This document shows, piece by piece, positions 62,817 through 64,000 of a stretch of 64,000 nucleotides of DNA (positions are counted from its first letter, which is position 1; each line of letters opens with the position of its first letter). A model generated the notes under the pieces. It was not told the origin of the DNA. It was given only the letters and a program-made list of their open reading frames with translations, and ran no database searches. The DNA comes from an uncultured bacterium (GTDB lineage: Bacteria; Bacillota_I; Bacilli_A; RFN20; CAG-826), in contig CASDXP010000003.1 in the NCBI GenBank assembly GCA_949285455.1, positions 67,210 to 131,209 of the forward strand, read 5' to 3'. The position numbers were made by a program, and so were the translations under genes.

Positions 62817-62938
62817 TCGATACTTTTTTAAGGTTGGTTGAAAAACAAAAGCACGGGGCACTGTCGCTACAGAAATTCAAAGTATTAAAGCAATTTTGTC
62901 ATAGATTATATATGTATTTATTTTTGATAATTCAATTA

Positions 62939-62986
62939 TTATTTCTTCACGTTCGTGAGTTCTATTACAAAATTATTTGTGCTCAT
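62939..62986 (-). pseudogene. Possible 5' remnant of an ABC ATPase gene
   Basis: MSTNNFVIELTNVKK* resembles the I.L.NV.K start of ABC ATPases; ends in tandem TAA stops. Confidence 0.3.
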
Positions 62987-63022
62987 TTTTATTAAGGGCA
63001 ACGCTATACTTGTTCCTATAAT

Positions 63023-64000
63023 TTAGCTGTTTTTAGAATAGAAAGTGCTTCGTCCACTACCGTGTATGGAAATCTCACCACTTTCCACAAGTTTTTTCAA
63101 AGACGCAGCTACCGATGACCTTTCAATCGAGGGACAAAGTTCCATAATTTCACTTCTTGTAAACTTGCCGACTTTTCTTGCGATTGCCTGGCGCACTTGC
63201 TCGATAGCAGGAAGTTTTGTGTCTATAAGTGCTATTCTATTTTCAAAGTCACGATAAGCCGAAAGAATTACACCCAAAAGATATTTGATGAACTGCGTAT
63301 TGTCCGATTTATCTTCATGCCACCCCACCGATGCGGATTGAAGGGCACCGTAATAGGCATCCTTTGTCTTTTCGATTTTTTGTTCAAGACTTATATATCG
63401 TCCAACTAAATATCCAGAACGATATAACAATAACGTTGTTAAAAGCCTACTCATTCTGCCGTTGCCGTCATTGAACGGATGGATGCATAGAAAATCATTG
63501 ATAAAGATCGGAATCAATATCAATGGGTCTACAATTCCATTATCTACCGCGCGATTATAATTCTCACAGATAGAATCTACCGCTTCCGGCGTTGCGTATG
63601 GTGCAAGTGGTTCAAATCGTATTACTTCAGTTCCGTCACTTCTGATTTCTTGGATATAATTCTGCACATTTTTGAACCTACCCCCTATGCTGCGCCCTGA
63701 ATATTGATAAAGGATATCATGTAGTTGCAAGATATAATTGCGATTTATAGGGATATACTCAAAGTTTTGATGTATTGTTTTTAACACTTCCCTATAACCA
63801 CTTATTTCTTCTTCATCACGATTCCTCGGCGTAGTCTTCTCCTCGCATAACTGTTTTATTCTCGTGCTGGTTGTGATTATACCCTCGATTTTGTTTGATG
63901 ACTCAACACTTTGAATTTTGGCAATCTCAACGAGCTTTTCTAAAACCATAGGTTTTTGAGCCAAAAAAAACTCTTGTTTTCCTTTGCACTCATGTATCTT
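63023..64000 (-). CDS. Fic family protein with C-terminal winged HTH (5' end outside the window)
   Basis: HPFNDGNGRMSR, SNKIEG; the frame stays open to the window edge (KIHECKGKQEFFLAQKP...). Confidence 0.92.
   Translation of the reverse strand, partial: KIHECKGKQEFFLAQKPMVLEKLVEIAKIQSVESSNKIEGIITTSTRIKQLCEEKTTPRNRDEEEISGYREVLKTIHQNFEYIPINRNYILQLHDILYQYSGRSIGGRFKNVQNYIQEIRSDGTEVIRFEPLAPYATPEAVDSICENYNRAVDNGIVDPLILIPIFINDFLCIHPFNDGNGRMSRLLTTLLLYRSGYLVGRYISLEQKIEKTKDAYYGALQSASVGWHEDKSDNTQFIKYLLGVILSAYRDFENRIALIDTKLPAIEQVRQAIARKVGKFTRSEIMELCPSIERSSVAASLKKLVESGEISIHGSGRSTFYSKNS

Noticed and set aside
63961..63970. A8 homopolymer near the track's start of the last Fic as a frameshift or phase-variation site
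   Set aside because: The frame is open through it (QEFFLAQ) to the window edge; the gene simply starts outside the window.

Overview
Low-GC, gene-dense chromosomal segment of a Bacillota/Bacilli-like genome. It uses the standard code (TGA is a stop), and the gene content is reminiscent of reduced gut lineages such as RF39/RFN20, though this assignment is only inference. The left half is mostly housekeeping on the minus strand: folT-folC, smpB, galE, gatCAB, ligA, pcrA, asnS, tsaE-tsaB-rimI/tsaD, and thiT behind a TPP riboswitch. A complete IS1634-family element (26587-28562) with an exact 75-bp target duplication sits in the 3' end of ung and has replaced its C-terminus. Surface-polysaccharide genes (three GT4s, Wzx, two Wzy-like proteins, a TupA-like ATP-grasp, a degenerate CapA, galE) are dispersed, and several appear to be leaderless transcripts. 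An oppABCDF operon ends in a BspA-like LRR gene, followed by an unexplained ~75-nt hairpin carrying three anti-Shine-Dalgarno segments (candidate sRNA). The right part is accessory: GH13/patatin/CPCC, Y-family polymerase with YolD, a MacB-like ABC fusion, an Ig-domain M6 metalloprotease, MscS, an FN3-like repeat protein and two tandem Fic-wHTH genes, one with a palindromic operator. No rRNA, tRNA or CRISPR array was seen. All calls come from reading motifs by eye; no searches were run.
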